IMG/VR virus record: IMGVR_UViG_3300032312_000843
Coordinates: 1-38,368 of that record
Strand: one strand, 5' to 3'
DNA from: a virus
Taxonomy: Duplodnaviria > Caudoviricetes
DNA length: 38,368 nucleotides
Below the pieces are notes generated by a model. The model was not told where the DNA came from and ran no database searches. It saw nothing but the letters and a program-made list of their open reading frames with translations. This document shows, piece after piece, positions 7,908 through 17,589 of this stretch; positions within the stretch are counted from its first letter, which is position 1, and each line of letters begins with the position of its first letter. Made by a program: the position numbers and the translations under genes.

Positions 7908-10640
7908 TTATCCAAAAGTTATCGTTCCTTCGTCTTCGTTTATTTGTGTATTTAAAATATTAGATAAATCCAATACATTAATATTTGTTACTATGATATT
8001 ATCAGTAACATTTTTAACTCCCTCAAAAACACTATATAATTTACAATCTATATTAATAATATTGTATCCATCATAATTAAAAAATATTTTATAAATATAA
8101 GGAAATTCATTTTGATCTTCTATTGTAGTTACAATAGCATATTTATTATTTCTACTATTATATAGTAATACTGGTTTATTTATTTTTCTCAACTTAGTTC
8201 TATTTGTTGAAGTATTATTAGTGAACTCATCTATTATAGATTGATTTAAATTAGTAGGATACACCAAAGATATATTACATGTAGTATAATTTACTTTATA
8301 TATAAAAGGCACTATCGAATAATCATTACCTTTTGTATTATTCCCAGATAACAAAACTACTAAACTATAATCCTTATCCTCTAAGATAAATGGATTTGAT
8401 GCATTTGTTAAAAAGTTATAATCTTCGTTATATTTTATATAGCTTTTTTGATTACCAGAATAGGTGTAACCCCCATTTTGGTATACTAACTTTTCAAAAA
8501 TTATATTATTTTTTGTTCGTATCCATAAAAAATCATTATATATATTAAAATCTAATATATTATTAGATAATTCTTCTTTTATATCTTCATACTTATTAGA
8601 AAATACATCTTTTAATTTAGCAGATAATTCAGAAACATATCCAGTTACAATATCTTTTACATACATTTTACCGTAAGAATTTCTTATCTGATACCAATTT
8701 AAATTATCGTCTTCAATGGAATCACATAAAATAGTTTGATTCGCAGTAATAGTTTGATTTACTAAAAATTTAGTATTATCTTCAAAATTATGTTTATTAT
8801 ATGGAATATCTTGTATAATTAAGCCTGCATCAAATTCTTTATACTTTATAGAAGATAAAACATAATCATAATCAAAATTAGGATCAAATCCAGTGGCATT
8901 CATACCACGCTCCATTATTCCGTTTGTAATTTTTCCTATACCGCCTTCAATTAATTTATTATAATAATAGTCTGATGACCATAAATTAGGTTTAACCCAT
9001 TCTGGATTGTTGGCTAATACTACTTCTGGCAATGGTGTATTGGTTGAAAATGCTATCGGCCCACCACAAAAATCCTCATATACTACTGAAGAAACTTCAG
9101 TTACAATTGTATTGTTTACTAAATTTTGTTTACTTTTTGGCTTAAATAAGCTAAATTGATTTCCATATATATCAGTTGTCCATTTAGTTATAATTCCTTT
9201 GTCATATAAATTCAAAAAATTGTTTTTTAATCCTTCTGTTCCAAAATTAAATGAGTCTTTTAATTGATTATGAGAAAAATATGCATAAAAATCTTGGGTG
9301 TACGGATTATTGTTTATATCTCCTTCTGTATAACCTAAACTATAGTTTTTAACAGATTTTGTATAATCTGATATATGTATTAATGGATATTCATAATCAA
9401 AATTCCTAGTTAAACCGATAGTATTTCCGTATAAATTGGGATCTGGAAATATATATAATTTATTTGGTTCTAATTTTGATTGATTAATTTTATATATATT
9501 TTCTGGTACAGAATAATATAATATACTATTTTTTTCTGGTGTAAAAAATAGACCAATCCTTCTACATGATTGTAAATCCGATTCTTCTTCTATTGTAGCA
9601 GTAGTAGGAAAATGTCTATTTAATAAATTTCCTGATGGATTGTCTGCTTGAAATAAAATAGCAGATGTAACATCGGTTGTGGTGCTTCCGGTTATTATAT
9701 AATAAAAATCTACCCCTATATACTTCTTAATTAAGGTATTTCGTAATTCAACCAATCTACTAGCTTTTGGTTTATTCTCATTTACTAATGTAAATAATTT
9801 ATCATCTGGCTTACAATTTAAATCTACTGTATTTAAATTGTAATTTATAGTGAAATTTTTACCAAACTCTTTCAAGAATACATGTACATCACTGAACAAT
9901 TGATTAGTTATGGCTTGATCAATATTGATAAATATATTAGCATCAATATCATTTAAATTAGAAGAAAAAAATCGTTTTCTTAATTCTGTTTTAACATCAT
10001 ATGATTCATATCCATATGATGGATCATTATCCAAATAATTAGTATAAATATCATACAATTCTTCTATCTCTATATTTAAATCTTTTAATAAAATGTCTTG
10101 ATTTACTAATTTTTGATAATTAGATATTTCTAATTGATCAGAAAAAATTACATCAGTTATAGTTTCATATATAGAATTTTGTAAACTAGAATTTGTTCCT
10201 TTTTTTCTATTTTTTTCTAATTTAAATTTTATTTTTTCTCTTTTATCAGCATTAAAGTTACAAATTTCAACAATTTTCTTAGAATAAAATGGTAATATTA
10301 TATCTAATTCCGTTTCATCGGTATAATCTATATTAGATAAAAATCGTTTTTCTTCTATAGTTGTATATTTTAATGTTATTTCTTTTATTAATTCGAGATA
10401 TCTTTCTTGTATTGTTTGATTTATCTGATTTTTTGTATTATTTTTGGTTTCTTCCCATAATTTAATATATTCTATATATAAATTATTAACTTGTAATGGA
10501 GATATATCAACATTTATGTATTTTAAGAAATCAAAAAACGAAAAAGGATTATATAAATCCAAATAATCTTTGTCTTGAGTATTTGGATTTATTATCGAAT
10601 TTAATGGACGTATTTCTGTAAATACAAAAGAATCTAACAC
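7908..10640 (-). CDS. Large hypothetical baseplate-associated structural protein (GTG start)
   Basis: 910-aa ORF in the wedge cluster with TAAATA-N5-GTG. No family recognised. Confidence 0.5.
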   Translation of the reverse strand: MLDSFVFTEIRPLNSIINPNTQDKDYLDLYNPFSFFDFLKYINVDISPLQVNNLYIEYIKLWEETKNNTKNQINQTIQERYLELIKEITLKYTTIEEKRFLSNIDYTDETELDIILPFYSKKIVEICNFNADKREKIKFKLEKNRKKGTNSSLQNSIYETITDVIFSDQLEISNYQKLVNQDILLKDLNIEIEELYDIYTNYLDNDPSYGYESYDVKTELRKRFFSSNLNDIDANIFINIDQAITNQLFSDVHVFLKEFGKNFTINYNLNTVDLNCKPDDKLFTLVNENKPKASRLVELRNTLIKKYIGVDFYYIITGSTTTDVTSAILFQADNPSGNLLNRHFPTTATIEEESDLQSCRRIGLFFTPEKNSILYYSVPENIYKINQSKLEPNKLYIFPDPNLYGNTIGLTRNFDYEYPLIHISDYTKSVKNYSLGYTEGDINNNPYTQDFYAYFSHNQLKDSFNFGTEGLKNNFLNLYDKGIITKWTTDIYGNQFSLFKPKSKQNLVNNTIVTEVSSVVYEDFCGGPIAFSTNTPLPEVVLANNPEWVKPNLWSSDYYYNKLIEGGIGKITNGIMERGMNATGFDPNFDYDYVLSSIKYKEFDAGLIIQDIPYNKHNFEDNTKFLVNQTITANQTILCDSIEDDNLNWYQIRNSYGKMYVKDIVTGYVSELSAKLKDVFSNKYEDIKEELSNNILDFNIYNDFLWIRTKNNIIFEKLVYQNGGYTYSGNQKSYIKYNEDYNFLTNASNPFILEDKDYSLVVLLSGNNTKGNDYSIVPFIYKVNYTTCNISLVYPTNLNQSIIDEFTNNTSTNRTKLRKINKPVLLYNSRNNKYAIVTTIEDQNEFPYIYKIFFNYDGYNIINIDCKLYSVFEGVKNVTDNIIVTNINVLDLSNILNTQINEDEGTITFG

Positions 10641-10644
10641 ATAA

Positions 10645-13600
10645 TTATTTAATGATGCCTAATCCTTTTGCTAAGGCATAATTAATAATGTTTTCTTTTA
10701 TAGAATCCCATTCTTCTTTAGAAATTATATTTTCTGGTATTGTCGTAAATGAATCAGACCAGTTAATTATACCCTCAGTTTGATTATTATCATAACCTGT
10801 TAAGTATTCATAAAAAGAATAATACTTAGGGATAAAATTCGTATTTATTTGTTCAGGAAGAGATAAATTCCATCCCCAATAATAGTTTAATCCACTTAAT
10901 GAATAAGTCCGATTTATCGGATCTATATAAGTCAAATAAGCAGACGAAGCACATAAATTTGTATTTAATAAAGAATAAGTTTCACTAAATTTTTCAAAAG
11001 CAACTATATTAGTTCCAGCAGTTAATACTGTGGTAAAAAAATCTAATTCCTTTCCTTTATTCGCACCATAAATAATGGTCCCACCATTTTCTATAATTTG
11101 TTCATTATGATATCCTCTAGAATTAAAATTTTCAGAAAATTTATTTCTACTTCCTTTTAATTTAGAAAATTTTATAGAAAATATATCAACTAATCGTTTT
11201 AATTCTGCTGGATACGATAAATCTCCATTTCCAAAAGTATAATAAGTTTCATCTAACATGGAATACATTGATTTTAATGCTGCAATATTACATGTATCAA
11301 TATTAGCTATATTTTCACTAAAATTTGATATTCTTTCGTATATCAACTTTCCTAAATAATTGGGATTTGATGATAACGTTCCTATAAACGTTTCTATTAA
11401 TTTAAATACGGAATCCCCTTTATCTAATAAAAAATCCTGAAACCTATAAGAATTTAATTGTCTTATAGGATCAAAATTTTCATTTAGTTTTCTGATATCA
11501 TATTTACCAGAATTAGCATTATATATACTAAATGTATTACTAACTCCTCGTAAATTTGATATTCTTTTTCCTAAAATATTTTGAAATTTATTTATATATT
11601 TAAACCCATTCCAATCCCCATAACCATTAATTTTATCTTGTATTCTATCTAATGGTAATGTAATTGTTTTTAATGATATTGATTGCGAATTAAAACTTAA
11701 TGGATTGATAGAAGATGCATCAAAATAATGAAGTTTTTTATTAATATTATCGATAACTAAAATAGTCCCATCGGTAGTACAAGTAATACCTTCTAAATCA
11801 CTTATATAATTATTTTGTTTTTTTGTAGAATTGGAATTTAACGAAAAGTTAATAATATTATTATTTTGAACATCAATTTTGAATAATTGATCTATATTTT
11901 TTGTCCCCCAGACATCACCATTAGTATCAACTATTATATTCCATAAACTACCACCTACAGAATAATAAGTTATATTATTTGTTTCAGAATTTACTAAAAA
12001 TATCTTATCATTTTTAGAAGATAAAACTTGTGAAGTAGTTGTTAAATCTTTTGCTACCCCCCATAAATTTAAATCCAAATCTGTTGTAATTTCTGTACAT
12101 TGATAACCAGAATTTATATTTAGATGAGTCAAAAAATTGCCATCAGGATCATATTTTTCTACAAAAGATGATAATTGATTAGAATATGAAATCCAAACAT
12201 TATTATCATAATCAGTATCTATTGATGCTGGTGTAACTGTGTTTTCAAAATTATTTACTTCGTTATTAATTGAGGGTTTTATTATTTTATCTACAAAATT
12301 TGATAAATTATTAATCCTTACCGTTGATACCGAATCATATAATGTAACCCATACATTTCCATTTTTATCACTACATATATCAGATGGAGAAGAATTTTCT
12401 GGTAAAACAAAATTATCGAAAATGATTTGCATACTTCCATTTGTAATTTTATTTGGATTTAATTTTAATATTTTTTCTCTATCTGCATCCACAACCCACA
12501 CAATCCAATTAGTTGTTCTATCCTCTGCACGTTCGCATGTTATACATGATGAATATATTCCAGTTAATTGCGGCACATTTATAATAGTGTCTTCTATTGT
12601 TCTTATATCATCCGTTTTTATTAACTTAACACTGTGAATTTTATCTGCTTGTGGTTCACTTATTATTGAATATATAGTATCAATTAAATATCTTTTTCTC
12701 GTTAGAGGAGTTGTTTCAGCGTATAATTTTACATTTTCGTATGGATTATCACTTATTAAATATCCTTTAAAGTATCCCCCATGAGTTTCCGAGGAAAGAA
12801 TACCAAAATTAGAAACAATAGTAACATTATCTGTTATGGTATTATTTTTAGAATCTCTCAATTCTATATAAATTTCACCAGAATCTAAATTTTTATTATT
12901 AGTTAATGATAATGTTGAATTATATTTTGATGCTAATCCAGAATACTCTTTTATTCTAGCAACAAATGGAATTTTTTGTCCTGTAAATTTTACTGGATTT
13001 ATATCAAATGTATAAATTCTATTTAAATTATTATCATCATCCATTCCATTTGATGTTATTATTATATTATGTGGTTTTAATTGTTCTATTAACGAAGATG
13101 GAATATTATAATCAAAAACTCCATTTAATATAGGATATTCATTTTCTGGATAATTTTTATATATTGAATCCAAATCTTTAAATTTATTTTTATCAAATGA
13201 ACAAAATATTGTTGATACTATATTAATACTAGCTTCATTAATTTCTTTTGGTAAATCGTCCGTATAATAAATCAATTTAGAACCAGATGTTCCTACGAAA
13301 CATGATCCTTTATCATTTTTATCACAAAAAATTAAATTATTATTTTGTAATTTAACGAACAATTCTACATTAGAAGATTCATCAGTAGTAATAGAGTTTA
13401 CTGGTAGTAGTTCTTTTTTTTCTGTTATAGGATTAATAATATTAGTTTCAAACTTGGCGTATGGTTTTAAATGTGCCCATTTATCATTTTTATAAATTTC
13501 TGTATTTAAAAATGGAGCCGTGTTCCCACTGACATTTAAATTTATTGTATATCCCACAGAAGATAAAGCTTCATAAGTTTGCCAACTATTAAATCTATAT

Positions 13601-13977
13601 AAAACAAAAGGATATTTAAAACCAGCTTCATTTTTATATTCTATACCAGATAAAACTATAGTATCAGTTATAAAATCTTCCACTAAAATGTTTTGTGTAT
13701 ACGAATCAACAAACCCTCTTCCTTCCGTACCCAAAACATAACATTTTACATTATACCATCCGGGTAATTTAAAATGATGAACTGCTGTAATAGATTCCGA
13801 CGTTGTTCCATCACCAAAATCCCATAATATTTTTCTGCTAGAATATAAAGTACTTTCTCCATCATCAAAAACAGGAATAAATGTAAATGGAGTAATAGGA
13901 AGCGTATAACTTTTAGAAGTTTTATCTCCTTTATAATCTATAGTATTAAAATATATATATCTGTGATGATCTTCCAT
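10645..13977 (-). CDS. Baseplate-associated protein with PKD domain and Vgb/NHL-like beta-propeller (in the gp7 position after gp6)
   Basis: LWDFGDGTTS...HHFKLPGWYNVK is a PKD signature. Blade repeats PSDICSDKNGNVWVT, PASIDTDYDNNVWIS, IIVDTNGDVWG, GITCTTDGTILVID. Confidence 0.7.
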   Translation of the reverse strand: MEDHHRYIYFNTIDYKGDKTSKSYTLPITPFTFIPVFDDGESTLYSSRKILWDFGDGTTSESITAVHHFKLPGWYNVKCYVLGTEGRGFVDSYTQNILVEDFITDTIVLSGIEYKNEAGFKYPFVLYRFNSWQTYEALSSVGYTINLNVSGNTAPFLNTEIYKNDKWAHLKPYAKFETNIINPITEKKELLPVNSITTDESSNVELFVKLQNNNLIFCDKNDKGSCFVGTSGSKLIYYTDDLPKEINEASINIVSTIFCSFDKNKFKDLDSIYKNYPENEYPILNGVFDYNIPSSLIEQLKPHNIIITSNGMDDDNNLNRIYTFDINPVKFTGQKIPFVARIKEYSGLASKYNSTLSLTNNKNLDSGEIYIELRDSKNNTITDNVTIVSNFGILSSETHGGYFKGYLISDNPYENVKLYAETTPLTRKRYLIDTIYSIISEPQADKIHSVKLIKTDDIRTIEDTIINVPQLTGIYSSCITCERAEDRTTNWIVWVVDADREKILKLNPNKITNGSMQIIFDNFVLPENSSPSDICSDKNGNVWVTLYDSVSTVRINNLSNFVDKIIKPSINNEVNNFENTVTPASIDTDYDNNVWISYSNQLSSFVEKYDPDGNFLTHLNINSGYQCTEITTDLDLNLWGVAKDLTTTSQVLSSKNDKIFLVNSETNNITYYSVGGSLWNIIVDTNGDVWGTKNIDQLFKIDVQNNNIINFSLNSNSTKKQNNYISDLEGITCTTDGTILVIDNINKKLHYFDASSINPLSFNSQSISLKTITLPLDRIQDKINGYGDWNGFKYINKFQNILGKRISNLRGVSNTFSIYNANSGKYDIRKLNENFDPIRQLNSYRFQDFLLDKGDSVFKLIETFIGTLSSNPNYLGKLIYERISNFSENIANIDTCNIAALKSMYSMLDETYYTFGNGDLSYPAELKRLVDIFSIKFSKLKGSRNKFSENFNSRGYHNEQIIENGGTIIYGANKGKELDFFTTVLTAGTNIVAFEKFSETYSLLNTNLCASSAYLTYIDPINRTYSLSGLNYYWGWNLSLPEQINTNFIPKYYSFYEYLTGYDNNQTEGIINWSDSFTTIPENIISKEEWDSIKENIINYALAKGLGIIK
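10646..10651 (-). promoter_or_regulatory. Late-promoter-like TAAATA, 5 nt before GTG 10640
   Basis: Minus strand TTAAATAATTATGTG. Confidence 0.65.
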
Positions 13978-13978
13978 T

Positions 13979-15808
13979 TTATATGACCTCTATTTTATTA
14001 ATTAAATTAGATATTTGATAGAAAAATGGAAATTCAAAAACTCTTAAATTCATATTTTGTGCAGTATAATTAATATTAATATTGTTATAAAATGGATTCC
14101 AATACACAAGACTTAATTTGGATGTTTTATATTCAGTACTTCCCGTTTTTCTCACAGTTTCTATAGATTTAACACCATTTATATTTATTAAACTATAACT
14201 TAATGAAGTTAAATCCAATAATTGATTTAAATTGTTATTTGTTTGTGAAAAAAAGTTTTTAATTATATTAAATGCCAACCCCTTTATCTGATCTTTTGAT
14301 ATAATTTGGTTTTCATTTCTGGTAATTCTTAATATTGTGGAATCCTTAATCGAAGAGTTTAATATTTCTCCAATTAATGGTAACCCAAAATCAAATGCAG
14401 TATAAACTGGATCACAAATAACAATATTTTGATTTACCATTTTAAATTGATTTAATTTATCTATTATTGCTTGTTTTTGAGAAAAAAACAATTCAATTGG
14501 AGTTGTTTCATTTTGAATAACCCCTAATTTAGGCACACAAAATAAATATACATTATTAAAATCACATGCATCATTAAATGATACCTGATTAAAAAGTAAT
14601 CTATTATCTAAATTTGGTCTTTCCAATCCTAAATCATAAAAATATGACAAATATTGTGATGTATAATCTTTATTTGAAACCGCTTTTACACTTTGTAATA
14701 TATTAGAAAAATTTTTAGTAACAAATGCCTCATAATCAGTAATTGTTACTAATCTATTTTGAGAAGAGAATATCAATGGAGCATTTGTTCTAATTTGATC
14801 TACTGTTTCTGTATAAGTTGGATTAACTGATGAATAACTATTATCAAATTTTAATAAAGATACATCTTCTGCCGAAATATAATTTGTATTAACATCTTTT
14901 ATATGATTTAATATTTCATTATATTGAGCAGTACTGTATAAAATTAATTTTCCTTGTTTACTATCGTTATTACTTATAACTCCTTTACTACCATCACTTT
15001 CTAAGTAATAAATTTGTATTGAATCGCCAGCATTAAGTCGTTTTCCATTTATATTATTACCAAATTTAATCTCATAATGCCCAAATTCATTTAAACGCCG
15101 TTCAAATACTGCTGAGAAACTTTCAGCGAGGTATAAACTACTTATTTCTTTCCATTCTAACCATTTATTAGTGTCAATATCTTTAACGAAAATGTAGATA
15201 TTGTTATGATCTACCATTTTAGTAGATTGATTATCTAATGGATAGTCAATATTAAGAGTAAATTGTTCGAAATTTTCTCCAATTGCGGTATATAGAGGAT
15301 ATTCTTTGAAAATTCCTTGATATAATAAGTTATTATCACCTATAGTAGGTAAACTTTCCAGTGTATTAAATAACTCCTTTTGAAAAGTAATATCAGTATT
15401 AAATGAATAAGGTATATTTTTAATAGATATATTAGAAAATCTATTAATTGTGTATGATTTACCCCCAGTTAATGTTTTATCAGCACTAACAGATACATTT
15501 AATGTTGCTGTGTGGTTACCAGTTGCTTTATACCCTATTAAAGACACGATCTTATTCATGTTTTCAAACAATTCAGCTTGTGTGAAAGTAGAATCTGAAG
15601 CGGTTTGGTTTAGGTAGAATAATAATACATGATAAGAATATGCAATCGGATCTAATAATCCATTGATATTGCTACCCTCGTAATCAATATCTGGAAAAAG
15701 ACCGCTATTTTTAATACGATTAACCATTAATTGCTTAATACTAATCGCATCAAATGCTGCATAGGCATTTCTTGGTAAATCAAATTCTGTAAATGTTTCT
15801 GTGCTCAT
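13979..15808 (-). CDS. gp6: Baseplate wedge subunit, T4 gp6-like
   Basis: DIDYEGSNINGLLDPIAY...YEIKFGNNINGKRL...ETVDQIRTNAP...QNRLVTITDYE. Directly follows gp25. Confidence 0.88.
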   Translation of the reverse strand: MSTETFTEFDLPRNAYAAFDAISIKQLMVNRIKNSGLFPDIDYEGSNINGLLDPIAYSYHVLLFYLNQTASDSTFTQAELFENMNKIVSLIGYKATGNHTATLNVSVSADKTLTGGKSYTINRFSNISIKNIPYSFNTDITFQKELFNTLESLPTIGDNNLLYQGIFKEYPLYTAIGENFEQFTLNIDYPLDNQSTKMVDHNNIYIFVKDIDTNKWLEWKEISSLYLAESFSAVFERRLNEFGHYEIKFGNNINGKRLNAGDSIQIYYLESDGSKGVISNNDSKQGKLILYSTAQYNEILNHIKDVNTNYISAEDVSLLKFDNSYSSVNPTYTETVDQIRTNAPLIFSSQNRLVTITDYEAFVTKNFSNILQSVKAVSNKDYTSQYLSYFYDLGLERPNLDNRLLFNQVSFNDACDFNNVYLFCVPKLGVIQNETTPIELFFSQKQAIIDKLNQFKMVNQNIVICDPVYTAFDFGLPLIGEILNSSIKDSTILRITRNENQIISKDQIKGLAFNIIKNFFSQTNNNLNQLLDLTSLSYSLININGVKSIETVRKTGSTEYKTSKLSLVYWNPFYNNININYTAQNMNLRVFEFPFFYQISNLINKIEVI

Positions 15809-15810
15809 GT

Positions 15811-16290
15811 TTAAGTTCTAATAATAAATCCACTACCACCTAAAGTACCAAACATTGATACTTTAGATATATTTAGAGTTGGAACTGAATAGTATATAGA
15901 TATATCAAATTCATTTACATCTTCGAATATTGTTATATTAACATCAGATATTTTTACTCTAGATTCATATACTCGCACTTGTCTATAGATTTCATCTCTA
16001 ATATTTTCTGCTACTTCTACGGTGGCAGGAGCAAATAAATACTGTCTTAAATCTAACCCGTAATCAGGATTAAGTATTTTTTCGCCGGGAGTTGTAGTAA
16101 ATAGATTATATAAAGAATTTTTCAAAGCATCTAAATCATAATCTATTTTAATATCTTTAATTTCATCTTGTTGATATAAAAAATTGTTATTATTGATAGA
16201 ACTTTCCAAATCTAAGTGTAAATCTGCATATAAATACGGACCTTTTCTATCTTTAAGCTGTGGAAGTGTGCCTAATACAATTTTTCCCAT
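15811..16290 (-). CDS. gp25: Baseplate wedge subunit, T4 gp25-like
   Basis: ALKNSLYNLFTTTPGEKILNPDYGLDLRQYLF...YESRV. Confidence 0.9.
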   Translation of the reverse strand: MGKIVLGTLPQLKDRKGPYLYADLHLDLESSINNNNFLYQQDEIKDIKIDYDLDALKNSLYNLFTTTPGEKILNPDYGLDLRQYLFAPATVEVAENIRDEIYRQVRVYESRVKISDVNITIFEDVNEFDISIYYSVPTLNISKVSMFGTLGGSGFIIRT

Positions 16291-16295
16291 AAAAA

Positions 16296-16317
16296 TATTT
16301 AATATTCCGACTAAATA
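16296..16317. promoter_or_regulatory. Back-to-back divergent TAAATA motifs (minus 16296-16301, plus 16312-16317), each 5 nt before an ATG
   Basis: Minus TTAAATATTTTTATG and plus CTAAATAATCTTATG within a 32-bp gap. Confidence 0.75.
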
Positions 16318-16322
16318 ATCTT

Positions 16323-16865
16323 ATGGAAAAGAAGTTTATTAAAGTTTGCGAATCTGCCATTTCTAGATACACAAGAGGTGGTATCTTAGTAGGAGATTAC
16401 GTAGAATTTGTTAAAGATTATAAAAAACACGAATATTATAAAACTTTAAATGATAATATCAAAGATGCTATCGAAGAATTAATTAAATCTAAATTAAGAA
16501 TTAGAGTTTCTGGGATAAATGACTATTATCCAACTAATTTTCCCGGTAATCCAGATATAAGTAACGGAAAAGTTGTTGCAAAGATCGCTGCGGACCAAGG
16601 TGGAGGGCGATATATATACTCTATAATGGTTGACCCTTGTTTACTAACAACTTTGGATTATTATCCAAATTTAGCACCGTTACCTGATGTATTTAATAGA
16701 GAAGACAACCTTACCCACACTCCAGAAGAGATGGATAAGGTTGATGGGGGAATTAAAGGTGGAGATTATTCGCTCCCCACACAAAATATTGTAGTGATAC
16801 CTACTAAAGGTAAGAAAAAGGAAGTTTCATATACACAAAATTATCTTAAAGGACTAAAATCTTAG
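16323..16865 (+). CDS. Hypothetical late protein
   Basis: 180-aa ORF with TAAATA-N5-ATG. Its 3' end overlaps the convergent clamp-loader C-part by 20 nt. Confidence 0.7.
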   Translation: MEKKFIKVCESAISRYTRGGILVGDYVEFVKDYKKHEYYKTLNDNIKDAIEELIKSKLRIRVSGINDYYPTNFPGNPDISNGKVVAKIAADQGGGRYIYSIMVDPCLLTTLDYYPNLAPLPDVFNREDNLTHTPEEMDKVDGGIKGGDYSLPTQNIVVIPTKGKKKEVSYTQNYLKGLKS

Positions 16866-17589
16866 ATAATGCTACTAAACAAGCAAAACAATTAATTTCC
16901 ACATCAATTACTTGAGAATGTCTATCCATATGATGGGCAATTAAACATAAGGATTCTTTTTTATTTAAAGAATCAGGAATTTCTTCGCAAATATAATTAA
17001 AAATAGCCTTTAATAGATTATGATAATCAGTTTGGAATGTAGTTTCATTAGAAATAATGAAATTTCTAACATCCAAAATAGCATCAGTTTTAATTTTATT
17101 GACTATATTTGATATAAAACTATTATCTATAATAGAATCTCTTATAATTAATGAGCCTGTAATAGAATATTTTTGTAAATCATTAAGAATTTTCCTAAAA
17201 TCAGGAAAATTAACTTTAATCAAATCATGCATTTTAGGAATCATTTCAGAATTAATCTGAATTTTTTCTTTTAAAAGAATTCCAATACAATGTTTTGCTA
17301 CATCTTTAAGATTATGAATAAAATCAATTGATTGGCATCTACTTTGAATTGCTGGAATGATTTTATGTTTATAATTTGCAGTTAAAATGAATCTAGTAGT
17401 CTCTGCATATTCTTCCATTACATTTCGTAATGCTCTCATACCATCCACAGTAAGACCATCGCAATTCGATGTCAAAACTTGCTTTTTACCCACAAAAAAA
17501 TTATGGGTTTCATCGACACTAAGATCATATACATGAGCCTTTTGCTCTAATTTAGTAATTCTTTTAATTTTTAGCGTATTTATCATCAT
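16846..17589 (-). CDS. gp44: Split clamp loader (gp44/RFC-like) C-part: 42-aa C-intein plus 205-aa C-extein
   Basis: VYDLSVDETHNFFV...LTSN (intein blocks F/G), then CDGLT..GMRALRNVMEEY..TTRFILTANYKHKIIPAIQSRC (RFC sensor 1 and SRC motif) and FPDFRKILNDLQ. Confidence 0.92.
   Translation of the reverse strand: MMINTLKIKRITKLEQKAHVYDLSVDETHNFFVGKKQVLTSNCDGLTVDGMRALRNVMEEYAETTRFILTANYKHKIIPAIQSRCQSIDFIHNLKDVAKHCIGILLKEKIQINSEMIPKMHDLIKVNFPDFRKILNDLQKYSITGSLIIRDSIIDNSFISNIVNKIKTDAILDVRNFIISNETTFQTDYHNLLKAIFNYICEEIPDSLNKKESLCLIAHHMDRHSQVIDVEINCFACLVALSKILVL
17464..17589 (-). mobile_element. Split intein C-fragment (IntC, 42 aa, ends Ser-Asn; +1 Cys at 17461-17463)
   Basis: MMINTLKIKRITKLEQKAHVYDLSVDETHNFFVGKKQVLTSN|C. 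Confidence 0.9.
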
